A stretch of 64,000 bases of DNA from Rhodospirillales bacterium. Lineage in GTDB: Bacteria; Pseudomonadota; Alphaproteobacteria; Bin95. The notes beneath the pieces are model-generated. The model did no database searches. It worked only from the letters and a program-made list of their open reading frames with translations, and was not told the DNA's origin. The DNA is taken from contig JAYQLI010000012.1 in NCBI GenBank assembly GCA_038143065.1, positions 38,076 to 102,075 of the forward strand, read 5' to 3'. The translations under genes were made by a program, and so were the position numbers. Positions 56,051-64,000 of this stretch are shown piece after piece; the first letter of the stretch is position 1; the number at the start of each line of letters is the position of its first letter.

Positions 56051-57548
56051 ACCCTTTCTTCAAAACGCCGATACCAGAGACTTTGCAGCTGAAGAATGGG
56101 ATCGACTGTGCGCCCGTGATCCGTCAGCTTTGGCGGTTGCCGAAATTGACCGTGAAATCACTGTTGGTGAACTGATCAAACAGGCTCGTGTGCGGGCGGG
56201 ACAGTTTATTGCACAAGGCGCGGAGCCAGGATCTCGGGTGATTGTTGCGCGCCCGAACGTGATCGAATTTGTGGTGGATTATCTCGCGGTTCGTCTTTGT
56301 GGTGCTGTATTGGTCAACCTTCCTTGGGCCGCAGGGACCAGCATCACGGAATTGGCAGAAATTCTGGACGCCAAAGTGGTTGTGCTGACCGAACATCTTG
56401 TTGGCGACAATCCTTTGTTTGATCAACTGGGAGATCGTCGTTTTCGTGAAGATGAAACCACCGACATCGGACCAGAACGCCCTGTTGCACGGAGCGGCGA
56501 AGAATTGGCTTGGTTGGCCTGCACGTCTGGCACCACAGGTACGCCCAAGGCGGCGATGCATACGGGCGCCACGTGGCAGCGCCAAACCGAGGTATTTGCC
56601 CAACATTTTAGGCTGACCAAAGACGACCCGATTTTGGTGTCTGCGCCTGTCGGTCACGCAGTTGCATTGTTGTTCGGTGTGCGGTTCTCGCTGTTGCTGG
56701 ATTCACCGATGATTTTGGTGTCTCGTTGGAAAATCGACACGGCGGTGGATTTGATTGAGCGTTATAATTGTACCTTCACAGTTGCGCCGACGCCGTTTCT
56801 GATTGATATGGTTTCCTTTGCTGAACAAAACGGCAACGAGCGAGTGAAATCGCTGAAATTCTTTCCATCTGCTGGTGCGCCTGTGCCACGCACATTGGTG
56901 CGTCGTGGCTTGGATGCTTTGCCCGGGTGTCAGGTTTGGTCCTATTTTGGAACGTCGGAAGCGGGCGCGGTAACGGCCTGCCCGTTGGACGCTGATTTGG
57001 AGAATCGTCTAGAGACAGATGGAATAGCGATGCCCGGCACAACAACCCGTGTCGTTGATAATGAGCTGCAAGTGCACTGCCCTGAACAAATGATGACAGG
57101 GTATTGGAGCGGCGATCCGAATGGGCGGCTGCATGATGATGGCTGGTATCAAACTGGCGATGCTTGCGAACAGCGTGAAGATGGCTATATCAAGATGGTA
57201 GGACGTGCGCAGGATATCATTCTGCGTGGCGGAGAGAACATCTCACCGTTAGAGATCGAAAACACGTTGCTGAGCCATACTAGCGTCGAAGATGTTGCCA
57301 TTATTGGCTATCCTGATGAGCGTCTGGGCTCTCGATTGGCGGCAGTAGTTGTTCAAACGGCTGATGTGACGCTGGACGATTTGCGTGATCATTGTAAAGG
57401 TGTTGGGCTTGATAAGGCAAAGTGGCCGGAATTCATGACATGCATCGACAAAATTCCACTGTCCGCAATTGGCAAAGTCCAACGCGGCGTTTTGGAAGAT
57501 TACGTTTGGGATGAAGTCAAGAAAACCGCAAAGAAAGGTGTTTCCTAA
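56037..57548 (+). CDS. AMP-dependent synthetase/ligase (acyl-CoA ligase family)
   Basis: Contains LACTSGTTGTPKAAMHT (AMP-binding motif), GYWSGD, YQTGD and GKVQRGVL. Intact, 503 aa. Confidence 0.85.
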   Translation: MLTVEPFLQNADTRDFAAEEWDRLCARDPSALAVAEIDREITVGELIKQARVRAGQFIAQGAEPGSRVIVARPNVIEFVVDYLAVRLCGAVLVNLPWAAGTSITELAEILDAKVVVLTEHLVGDNPLFDQLGDRRFREDETTDIGPERPVARSGEELAWLACTSGTTGTPKAAMHTGATWQRQTEVFAQHFRLTKDDPILVSAPVGHAVALLFGVRFSLLLDSPMILVSRWKIDTAVDLIERYNCTFTVAPTPFLIDMVSFAEQNGNERVKSLKFFPSAGAPVPRTLVRRGLDALPGCQVWSYFGTSEAGAVTACPLDADLENRLETDGIAMPGTTTRVVDNELQVHCPEQMMTGYWSGDPNGRLHDDGWYQTGDACEQREDGYIKMVGRAQDIILRGGENISPLEIENTLLSHTSVEDVAIIGYPDERLGSRLAAVVVQTADVTLDDLRDHCKGVGLDKAKWPEFMTCIDKIPLSAIGKVQRGVLEDYVWDEVKKTAKKGVS

Positions 57549-57549
57549 T

Positions 57550-57990
57550 ATGGGAATGCGTCACAACAATCTGACGATTGATGACATACAGGAACGGATC
57601 AACCGCTCCAAATACCATCAATTATTCCAACCAAAAGTGCTGGAACTGGACAACGAAATAGAAAGGCTAAAGCTGCGGGTATCGATGTGTGATGAGTTTG
57701 AACGCCAGCCAGAAACAAATCAGTGGCATGGTGGCGTAATTGGATCCTTGGTGGATATCACTGGATGCTATGCGTTGATGCTGGTCGCTGGTGGCCCGAT
57801 GCTTACGCTGAATTTCAGCACGGATTTCCTGCGCCTTGCAGTGTCAGACCATCTGTATGCCATTGCAACCGTGCGGCGCATTGGGAGCACAGTTGGATTT
57901 GTAGATGTTGAAATCGAAGATGATGTAGGGGTGACAGTTGTAACGGGTCGTGCCTGTTATGCCATCCGCGCAAACAAAACAGAGGTATAA
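57550..57990 (+). CDS. PaaI/hotdog-fold thioesterase
   Basis: Contains QWHGGVIGSLVDITG (HGG..D motif). The start was chosen at the MGMRHNN ATG, 1 nt after the ligase stop. Confidence 0.7.
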   Translation: MGMRHNNLTIDDIQERINRSKYHQLFQPKVLELDNEIERLKLRVSMCDEFERQPETNQWHGGVIGSLVDITGCYALMLVAGGPMLTLNFSTDFLRLAVSDHLYAIATVRRIGSTVGFVDVEIEDDVGVTVVTGRACYAIRANKTEV

Positions 57991-58007
57991 GCCTGAGAGG
58001 TGAAGAC

Positions 58008-58691
58008 ATGACTGAATATTCCGAAAGTATGAACATTGCTATCATCGGTGGTACCGGCGCATTGGGCGCTGGGTTGGCACTGCGTTGGGCGCGAGCTGGC
58101 CACAACGTGGCCATCGGGTCGCGCGATGGCGGGCGTGCTACTGATAGAGCCGCCGAGTTGTCCGCGCAAGCAGGTGCGAAAATTACAGGACATGACAATG
58201 CAACGGCTGCAGCCGGTGGCGATCTAGTCGTTATGGCAGTGCCTTATGCAAGCCACACGGCGACGTTGAACAGCATCAAACCGCATCTAGAAGGTAAAAT
58301 TTACGTTGATGTTACCGTTCCATTGATACCCCCAAAAGTGCGCACAGTTCAATTACCAGAGAGCGGTTCGGTCGCCAAGAATGTGCAAAAGGAACTGGGC
58401 GAAACTGTTCGTGTTGTTTCTGCGTTTCAGAACGTCGCAGCGGCTCATTTGAATGATCTGGATCACAGTATTGATTGCGACGTATTTGTTTGTGGTAACG
58501 ACAAGCCTGCGCGCGGAACGGTTATCAAGCTGGCCCAAGACGCGGATATGAAAGCTTGGCACGCAGGACGGATTGACAATTCCGCCGTAGCTGAAGCATT
58601 GACCTCTGTTTTGATCTTCATCAATGGAGCCTACAAAATCGACGGCGCAGGCATCAAAATCATTGGCAAACCACAACTTCAAGACGACTAA
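58008..58691 (+). CDS. npdG: NADPH-dependent F420 reductase (Fno/NpdG)
   Basis: Contains IAIIGGTGALGAGLALRWARAGHNVAIGSRD, a Rossmann motif typical of NpdG. Intact, 227 aa. Confidence 0.8.
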   Translation: MTEYSESMNIAIIGGTGALGAGLALRWARAGHNVAIGSRDGGRATDRAAELSAQAGAKITGHDNATAAAGGDLVVMAVPYASHTATLNSIKPHLEGKIYVDVTVPLIPPKVRTVQLPESGSVAKNVQKELGETVRVVSAFQNVAAAHLNDLDHSIDCDVFVCGNDKPARGTVIKLAQDADMKAWHAGRIDNSAVAEALTSVLIFINGAYKIDGAGIKIIGKPQLQDD

Positions 58692-58709
58692 GTCAACGAA
58701 GGAATTCGC

Positions 58710-59489
58710 GTGTCAATCCAAATTACCCTTACGGCGCTACAGGATCTCCCGCTTGTAAAATCGGGGGACGATCTTTGCAGTTTGATAACAGACGGTTTGA
58801 CACGTTTGCCACTAGTGCTGTGTGATGGCGACATCATTGTCGTGGCGCAGAAAATAATTTCCAAAGCCGAAGGGCGTACAGTAAATTTGAACACTATCTC
58901 TCCCAGCGCGCGGGCGATGGAATTGGCGGGTGAAACGCAAAAAGATGCCCGTGTTGTTGAGTTGATCCTCAGCGAAAGCAAATCCATCGTTCGCAAGAAA
59001 CCAGGCGTGATGATTGTTGAACACAATCGCGGCTGGATCATGGCAAACGCGGGAATTGATACGTCGAATGTTCGGTCCGACAGTGGTGAAGAAAACGTTC
59101 TATTACTGCCACTGGATCCAGAACAGAGTGCAACAAACTTGCGCGATGCATTGATGCAGCGGCACGGTTGCGATGTCGCTGTGGTTGTTTCTGACAGTTT
59201 CGGACGGCCCTGGCGGTTAGGTACAACGGGTGTCGCAATTGGCGCCTCTGGACTACCGAGCCTGTGGGACAGACGCGGCGAAGTTGATTTGTTTGGACGC
59301 AAACTGATTGTCACACAACAAGCCATCGCAGACGAAGTCGCTACGGCCGCATCATTATTGCAGGGGCAAACCGCCGAAGGGCGACCTGTGGTGCATATGC
59401 GGGGGCTGGAATTTGGAGGTCATGCCTCGGCGCATCATCGCCCTGCCTCTGATCTGATCCGTGATATCGCCGAGGATATGTTCCGATGA
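58710..59489 (+). CDS. cofE: Coenzyme F420-0:L-glutamate ligase
   Basis: Contains LPLVKSGDDL...DGDIIVVAQKIISKAEGR...GWIMANAGID.SN...VVSDSFGRPWRLG. Confidence 0.85.
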   Translation: MSIQITLTALQDLPLVKSGDDLCSLITDGLTRLPLVLCDGDIIVVAQKIISKAEGRTVNLNTISPSARAMELAGETQKDARVVELILSESKSIVRKKPGVMIVEHNRGWIMANAGIDTSNVRSDSGEENVLLLPLDPEQSATNLRDALMQRHGCDVAVVVSDSFGRPWRLGTTGVAIGASGLPSLWDRRGEVDLFGRKLIVTQQAIADEVATAASLLQGQTAEGRPVVHMRGLEFGGHASAHHRPASDLIRDIAEDMFR

Positions 59490-60433
59490 GCGGAGCCGTT
59501 GTAACCTTGTCTGGTGGCGTCGGCGGTGCCAAACTGGTGCTGGGCATGTCCTATGTTGTTGCGGGCAGAGAACTGGTCGTTGTTTGCAATACTGGCGATG
59601 ATTTCACGCATCTCGGTCTGCGAGTATGCCCCGATATCGATTCCGTTCTATATGCGCTGTCTGGCCTGTCTGATCAGACGCGGGGTGGGGAAGAAAAAGA
59701 CGAATCTTGGACCTTTATGTCCGCGATGAAGGATTTGCAGGGACCAGATTGGTTCAATCTGGGTGACAGAGATTTGGCCACGCATGTTTTGCGCACAGAT
59801 ATGTTGGCGCAGAATAAAACGATGACGGAAGTGACCGGTAATTTGGCGCTGCGGATGGGTATCGAGGCGGATATTCTGCCGATGAGCGATGATCCCGTTG
59901 CGACTATTGTTCATACAGACGCAGGTGATCTGGCATTTCAGCATTATTTTGTGCGCGAGCAATGCGGACCGCGTGTTGCTGGGTTCTCTTTTGATGGAAC
60001 CGAAAATGCGGAACCACAGCCGCAGATATTGGACGTGCTGCAATCTGACCCAGAATCTATTATCATCGCGCCGTCTAACCCTTACGTTAGTGTTGATCCC
60101 ATTTTGCAGCTGAAAGGAATGAAGACGGCGCTGAAAAATGCAGGCGCTCCCATTGTGGCCGTCTCGCCGATTATTGGTGGGAAAGCCATCAAAGGGCCAG
60201 CTGCCAAGATGATGCAAGAGTTGGGCAAAGACGTTTCGGTGCTTAGCATTGCAGCTCACTATCAAGATTTGATCGACGGTCTGGTGATTGATGTTAAGGA
60301 CGCAGAATTGGCACCGCAAATTCGCGAGATGGGGATAAAAACCCTCGTCACACAATCAGTCATGACTGATCTGAACAGTCGCATTGAATTGGCACAAGCG
60401 ACGCTGGATTTCGCACGGGACTGTGGGTCATGA
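59486..60433 (+). CDS. cofD: 2-phospho-L-lactate transferase
   Basis: Contains VVTLSGGVGGAKLVLGM...NTGDDFTHLGLRVCPDIDSVLY. A 4-nt overlap joins it to cofE. Confidence 0.85.
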   Translation: MSGAVVTLSGGVGGAKLVLGMSYVVAGRELVVVCNTGDDFTHLGLRVCPDIDSVLYALSGLSDQTRGGEEKDESWTFMSAMKDLQGPDWFNLGDRDLATHVLRTDMLAQNKTMTEVTGNLALRMGIEADILPMSDDPVATIVHTDAGDLAFQHYFVREQCGPRVAGFSFDGTENAEPQPQILDVLQSDPESIIIAPSNPYVSVDPILQLKGMKTALKNAGAPIVAVSPIIGGKAIKGPAAKMMQELGKDVSVLSIAAHYQDLIDGLVIDVKDAELAPQIREMGIKTLVTQSVMTDLNSRIELAQATLDFARDCGS

Positions 60434-61098
60434 CCGATGTCATAATTCCAGTCAAAGATTTGTCACGAGCCAAAGGACGGTTGCAAAACATCTTGACCCC
60501 CGCCGAGCGTGCGGGTCTTGTTTTGGCAATGTTACACGATCTGCTAACGACGCTTAATCAGTGTGCTTTGGGAGATATCTGGCTTGTCGCATGTGATGAA
60601 GCTGTGTTTGATCTCGGGGCAGAATTCGGGGTCCATGATATCCGTGAACACGTTTCAAAGGGTTACAATCACGGCGTTTCTGCGGGATTGCAGTCCGTTA
60701 ACGCAAAGAATTCAGTTGTTATTCTTCCCGCTGATCTGCCATTGGCAAAGCCCCACGACATTGCGCAGTTGATTCAAGCAGGAGCTGGTATCAATCCAAC
60801 GGTTGCGATTGTGCCTGATCGTCACAATCGTGGGACAAATGGGTTGTTTCTATCTGCTCCTGATTTGATCACACCTGACTTCGGTGAAAGCAGTCTTTTC
60901 AATCACAAGGTTGCCGCCGCACAACTCAGTATTTCCGCACATGTCGTTCCTATCGAAGCAATGGCGATGGATATTGATAGCCCAGAGGATCTTTTTGCGG
61001 TGGCTCAATCGACGACATCCAATTCCACTACGAATTTTCTGGCATCCATTGCGTTTGGACAAGATGCGTGGACTTCACATAAATGGGAGGTCGCATGA
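60430..61098 (+). CDS. cofC: 2-phospho-L-lactate (or related) guanylyltransferase
   Basis: Contains IIPVKDLSRAKGRL...ERAGLVLAMLHDLL...LPADLPL. 4-nt overlaps occur on both sides. Confidence 0.8.
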   Translation: MTDVIIPVKDLSRAKGRLQNILTPAERAGLVLAMLHDLLTTLNQCALGDIWLVACDEAVFDLGAEFGVHDIREHVSKGYNHGVSAGLQSVNAKNSVVILPADLPLAKPHDIAQLIQAGAGINPTVAIVPDRHNRGTNGLFLSAPDLITPDFGESSLFNHKVAAAQLSISAHVVPIEAMAMDIDSPEDLFAVAQSTTSNSTTNFLASIAFGQDAWTSHKWEVA

Positions 61099-63437
61099 CC
61101 TACGCTTCAAGCCAATCCACACTGCCCCATTACGTATCCGCTGACGAGGCAAAAGTATTTCTGAATAGGCCGATCGATACTCTGATGGCATGTGCAACCC
61201 AAATACGAGACGAGGGGCATGGGCGGCTGGTCAGCTATTCGCGCAAAGTGTTCATTCCTTTGACCAAATTGTGCCGTGATGTTTGTCATTATTGCACTTT
61301 TGCCAAAACGCCCAAAAAGATTGATGCGCCATTTCTAAGCCCTGAACAAGTGCTTGAGATCGCGCGCGCTGGTCAGGTTGCTGGATGTAAAGAAGCCTTG
61401 TTCACGCTCGGCGACAAACCGGAACTGCGATATTCCGTTGCGCTTGAAGCTTTGGCGGAAATGGGCTATGAAACCGACGCTGGATTACCTGCATGCAATG
61501 GCGGAATTGGTGATCAACGAAACCGGTCTTTTGCCCCATCTTAATCCCGGCGTGATGACCCGCAATGAACTGGCGAAGTTGCGCGAAGTTTCAGTTTCTA
61601 TGGGAATTATGCTGGAGTCGACCTCGTTGCGGTTAATGGAGCAGGGAGGGTGCCACTTTGGCTCACCTGACAAAGATCCTGCTGTTCGATTGAAACGATC
61701 CGTAATGCGGGCGAACTGAAAATCCCGTTCACCAGCGGCATTTTGATTGGAATCGGAGAAACGCGTGCGGATAGAATTGAAAGCCTTCTGGCCTTGCGCG
61801 ATTTGCACCAAGAATTTGGCCACATTCAGGAAATAATTATCCAGAATTTCCGCGCCAAGCCAAATACGAAAATGGCCGATGTGCCCGAACCTGATTTGAC
61901 TGACTTGCAGTGGACCATCGCGATTGCGCGGGTTATTTTTGGGGCTGAGATGTCAATACAAGCGCCCCCAAATTTGTCTGATGGTGGTGCAGGGTTGATC
62001 GCTGCGGGGATAAACGATTGGGGTGGTGTTTCACCTGTTACGCCGGATCATGTGAACCCAGAGGCCCCTTGGCCTCTTTTGGATCAACTTGCTGATGATA
62101 CCGCAGGTTGTGGAAAGATATTGGTAGAACGGTTGGGGATTTACCCGAACTATGCGCATCAAAATACGGTTTGGCTGGATAAAAAGCTGCGTAAACCAGT
62201 GCTTGATCTGATTGATGCCGATGGATTGGCACGCACGGACAGTTGGGTTCCAGGTGATGCATCCCAAGATTTACCCAAGCTGCCGAAATCGCCTGCGGTC
62301 ATTCCAGACATGGGTCTGTCACGCGTTTTGGTGAAGGCAAATAAGGGTGAGAACCTGTCCGAAGCAGATATCTGCCGCCTTTTGACCGCACGGGATTGCG
62401 AAGTTCATGAGGTCATGCAAGCCGCAGATGACGTTCGCAAACGGGTGAGTGGCGAAACGGTGAGTTATGTTGTAACACGCAACATCAACTATACCAATAT
62501 CTGTTATTTTAAATGCAAATTCTGCGCCTTTTCCAAAGGCAAGATGAGCGATAACCTGCGCGGTCGCCCCTACAATTTGGGCGCTGATGTTGTGGTTGAG
62601 CGTGCGCGCGAAGCATGGGATCGCGGCGCGGTTGAGGTTTGTTTACAGGGCGGTATTCATCCCGAATATACAGGCCAAACCTATCTTGATATTCTGAGTG
62701 CAATCAAATCTGAGCTGCCTGATATGCACGTCCATGCGTTTTCCCCGCTAGAGGTGCACCAAGGGGCCGCTACGTTGGGTGTTTCAGTCTATGATTTTAT
62801 TGGGCAGTTAATTGACGAAGGATTGGGCAGCTTGCCTGGCACTGCGGCAGAAATTTTGGACGATGAAGTGCGACGTGATTTGTGCCACGACAAGATCAAT
62901 ACAGCCGAATGGTTCGAAGTGGTGAACGCGGCACATAAACAGGGGCTAAAAACTACTGCAACAATCATGTTTGGCCATATTGACCGACCCGTGCATTGGG
63001 CGCGGCATATGCTGCGTCTGCGGGATCAACAGACTAAAACTGGTGGATTTACCGAATTAGTACCCTTGCCGTTTGTTCATATGGAATCACCGATTTACTT
63101 GAAGGGTGGGTCGCGTAAAGGGCCAACTTGGCGGGAATCCGTGTTGGTTCATTCCGTTGCGCGTTTGGCGTTGAACCCGCTGATCCCAAACATTCAGGCC
63201 TCTTGGGTCAAGCTCGGCCCGGAGGGCGTCGCGGCTTGTTTGTCCGCCGGAGTGAACGACATTGGCGGCACTTTGATGGATGAGACCATCACACGCTCTG
63301 CTGGGGCGGCGCATGGGCAGGAAATGACACCTTCCGCGATGGAAGAGTTGTTGTTGCGCCAAGGCCGCCCATCGCGGCAACGCACGACACTATATCAAGA
63401 TGCGGCAAAGGATCGGCGTTTAGCTTCATTTGCTTAG
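61095..63437 (+). pseudogene. fbiC: FO synthase (fused CofG/CofH, FbiC), two frameshifts in the CofG half
   Basis: The radical-SAM motif is CRDVCHYCTF. The frame switches after EMGYET to [25 protein letters not shown] (about 61475). It switches again after DKDPAVRL to [24 protein letters not shown] (about 61695). The CofH half, 61743..63437, is intact (CYFKCKFCAF). Confidence 0.85.
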
Positions 63438-63462
63438 CCTTTGCAGTTCTATGGTTGGATTG

Positions 63463-64000
63463 TTAGCCGACCTGATTAGGCAGCCACGTGGCAATAGCTG
63501 GAAAAGCGACAATCAGCGCTATACCCAACAAGAACAGCGCGACAAACGGCCAGGTTGCGCGGTAAACTTGACTGATGCTCATGTCTGGCACGACGGCCTT
63601 GAACGCGAACAACGTATATCCGAATGGCGGAGTGATCGCGCCAAGGGTAATGTTGACGAGGAACAGCAGCCAGAACCAAACTGGATCAAACTCCAGCGCA
63701 GTGACGACGGGTTGGTAGATCGGGATCGTCAGTAAGATCACTGCGATCGTGTCGATGAACATACACAGAATAAACGGGACCGCTAGCATGACAAGCAACA
63801 TCGCAATCGGAGAGTATCCAAGATTGGCAACTAGATTAACCAGTTCACCGGTCGCGCCGGTGAAAGCGAGCAGCTGTGTGAACATCTTAGACATCGCCAT
63901 AATGGCTAAGATCATTGCAGAAACTTTTATCGCGGCCATTAGCGAGTCCAAGATCATCTGTAATGAAAGCTTCCGGTAGATAGCTGCGGTTAACAACGAT
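63463..64000 (-). CDS. dctM: TRAP transporter large permease (DctM family), C-terminal part; the gene continues beyond the window
   Basis: Contains ITPPFGYTLFAFKAVVPDMSISQVYRATWPFVALFLLGIALIVAFPAIATWLPN. The frame is open to the window edge. Confidence 0.8.
   Translation of the reverse strand, partial: SLLTAAIYRKLSLQMILDSLMAAIKVSAMILAIMAMSKMFTQLLAFTGATGELVNLVANLGYSPIAMLLVMLAVPFILCMFIDTIAVILLTIPIYQPVVTALEFDPVWFWLLFLVNITLGAITPPFGYTLFAFKAVVPDMSISQVYRATWPFVALFLLGIALIVAFPAIATWLPNQVG

Overview
Manual reading of the sequence and ORF track only. No searches were run, and pseudogene ends are approximate. The window looks like a proteobacterial chromosome segment whose gene content most resembles marine Alphaproteobacteria (inference). 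It has three contrasting parts. (1) 1-18.7 kb holds about 19 consecutive ordinary genes: 2OG oxygenase, aldehyde dehydrogenase, SIS protein, nucleoside phosphorylase, PfkB kinase, isochorismatase, a BMP-type ABC transporter with GntR regulator, TRAP transporter DctPQM, alpha/beta hydrolase, LeuCD-like dehydratase and a LysR regulator. Every one is split over 2-5 reading frames, so they are either pseudogenes or lie in very error-rich sequence. (2) 18.8-43.8 kb is a visibly AT-richer mosaic accessory region. It carries four paralogous but decayed tyrosine integrases, one of them bracketed by 51-bp inverted repeats. It also holds two decayed class III adenylate cyclases, a decayed MetE-like gene, a MipA-like gene, a decayed P4-like primase-helicase plus HNH module, several families of short repeats (an iteron-like CTTTAAG cluster and cassette-flanking repeats), two truncated IS3-family remnants, a tRNA 3' fragment, and a tandem pair of terminator-ended candidate sRNAs with CU-rich loops. 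(3) 43.8-64 kb is mostly intact. It contains a LysR-controlled aminotransferase / glutaryl-CoA dehydrogenase / fused E1 / FabD-like acyltransferase operon. Next to it, under a MarR regulator, is a 10-gene same-strand array: hyuA-hyuB, an LLM oxidoreductase, an AMP ligase, a PaaI thioesterase, then npdG-cofE-cofD-cofC-fbiC. This array couples a putative lactam/hydantoin-opening pathway to a full coenzyme F420 gene set, and I consider it the most interesting candidate system. Its FO synthase gene fbiC carries two frameshifts.
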